From assembly GCA_036785375.1 (NCBI GenBank), contig JAWMAR010000026.1, positions 992,001-1,056,000 of the forward strand: a stretch of 64,000 nucleotides of DNA, in the 5' to 3' direction. Both the position numbers and the translations under genes were made by a program. Within the stretch, counting starts at the first letter, position 1, and every line of letters begins with the position of its first letter. This document shows, piece by piece, positions 62,966-64,000 of this stretch. The notes below the pieces were generated by a model that saw only the letters and a list, made by a program, of their open reading frames with translations, was not told where the DNA came from and did no database searches. Source of the stretch: Leucoraja ocellata. Taxonomy: Eukaryota.

Positions 62966-63060
62966 AGTCTGAAGGGTTTCGGCCCGAAACGTTGCCTATT
63001 TCCTTCGCTCCATAGATGCTGCCGCACCCGCTGAGTTTCTCCAGCACTTTTGTCTACCTT
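62966..63060 (+). mobile_element. Solo Penelope-derived unit, same subfamily as 42918-43013
   Basis: agtctgaagggtttcggcccgaaacgttgcctatttccttcgctccatagatgctgc...tacctt. Confidence 0.82.
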
Positions 63061-63349
63061 AAATAAATGCAAGGTTTATTTTTCAAAAAAGATACAAGGT
63101 TTGTGTAGATGGAACGAGTAGTGTTATTGATTGTTTAAAAACTGCCTGAGATAGAATGGGCCGCATAGCAATTATTTGGTTATTTGGCGTTACAATGCTA
63201 AAATCTACACAGTTTGCACTTTTTACTTCTCGGTGTCATATTTCTAGGACTTAGCGATTTGTGATATTAGTCCCAAACATCGTTATATTGCTTTGATGCA
63301 CGAAAGTTTTATAACAGAACATGTTAATATCATTTGGTCAAAGACTATG

Positions 63350-63600
63350 GAGCAGAGTGGAAACGGTTTAAGGGGTCCTTTTTTACAGAGGAATATCTGA
63401 ATATCTGCTATGGGCGGCGGAGGCAGAAAAGGTAATCGCGTTGAAGAGTCTCTTGAATAGGCACGTGGATGTACAGGAACTGGAGGGGTATGAATCAATG
63501 GCAGGCAGAGACCATTAATTTATCTTGACATCATGTCCCGCACAGACATTTCGGACCGAAGGGCGTGTTCCTGTGGGGTTTTTTTTTCTGTATTCTATGT
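63350..63600 (+). mobile_element. Old CR1 3' end
   Basis: tttttacagag...ggaggcag...ggaccgaagggcgtgttcctgtg. Confidence 0.65.
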
Positions 63601-63694
63601 CATATAGTCACTGCAATTCCAGAACGGCAAATTTCTCACCATTTCTGCAGAGCGCTCACCTTTTCAGTTCTAAATGAAGGACCATGATATCGTA

Positions 63695-64000
63695 AATGCA
63701 AGGAACTGTAGATACTGGTTTACAAAGAAAGACACACAGTGCTTGAGTAACTAATTGGGTTAGGCAGCATTTCTGGAGGAAAAATATAGGTGACGTTTCG
63801 AAGGTAGACAAAATATGCTGGAGAAATTCAGCGGGTGAGGCAGCATCTATGGAGAGAAGGAATGGGCGACGTTTCGGGTCGAGACCCTTCTCCATAGATG
63901 CTGCCTCACCCGCTGAGTTTCTCCAGCATTTTTGTCTACTTTCGATTGTTCCAACATCTGCAGTTCTTTCTTAAACGTGACGTTTCGAGGCGGGACCCTT
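63695..64000. mobile_element. Penelope-derived element with a younger palindromic one (63802-63976) nested inside
   Basis: 12-bp TSD gtgacgtttcga at 63790-63801 and 63977-63988. Confidence 0.85.

Overview
Repeat-rich vertebrate non-coding DNA, almost certainly from a cartilaginous fish (skate/ray-like), judging from the HE1-type V-SINEs and the CR1, Rex1 and Penelope-type repeats. I cannot support any host protein-coding exon, tRNA/rRNA gene or CRISPR array, so it reads as a large intron or gene desert. The only recognisable protein sequences are decayed retrotransposon ORFs: a 2.9-kb CR1 ORF2 at 5750-8641 (-), many CR1 and Rex1 3' fragments, and a Penelope GIY-YIG C-terminal relic. DNA-transposon relics include two hAT-type and two Harbinger-type MITEs. 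Repeat-free AT-rich islands between the repeats look like conserved non-coding elements. The most interesting signal is a family of short Penelope-derived elements. (i) They carry a minimal hammerhead-ribozyme-like motif, consensus CTGAAGA-A-GGGT(CTCG)ACCC-GAAACGTC. (ii) They occur as palindromes or ~100-bp solo units flanked by 12-16-bp target-site duplications (TSDs). (iii) In one case the family appears to have copied ~100 bp of unique flanking DNA to a new site 3.2 kb away, with a perfect 16-bp TSD (39854-40010). Repeat family names come from my recognition of consensus sequences, not from a database search, and the boundaries of old repeats are approximate.
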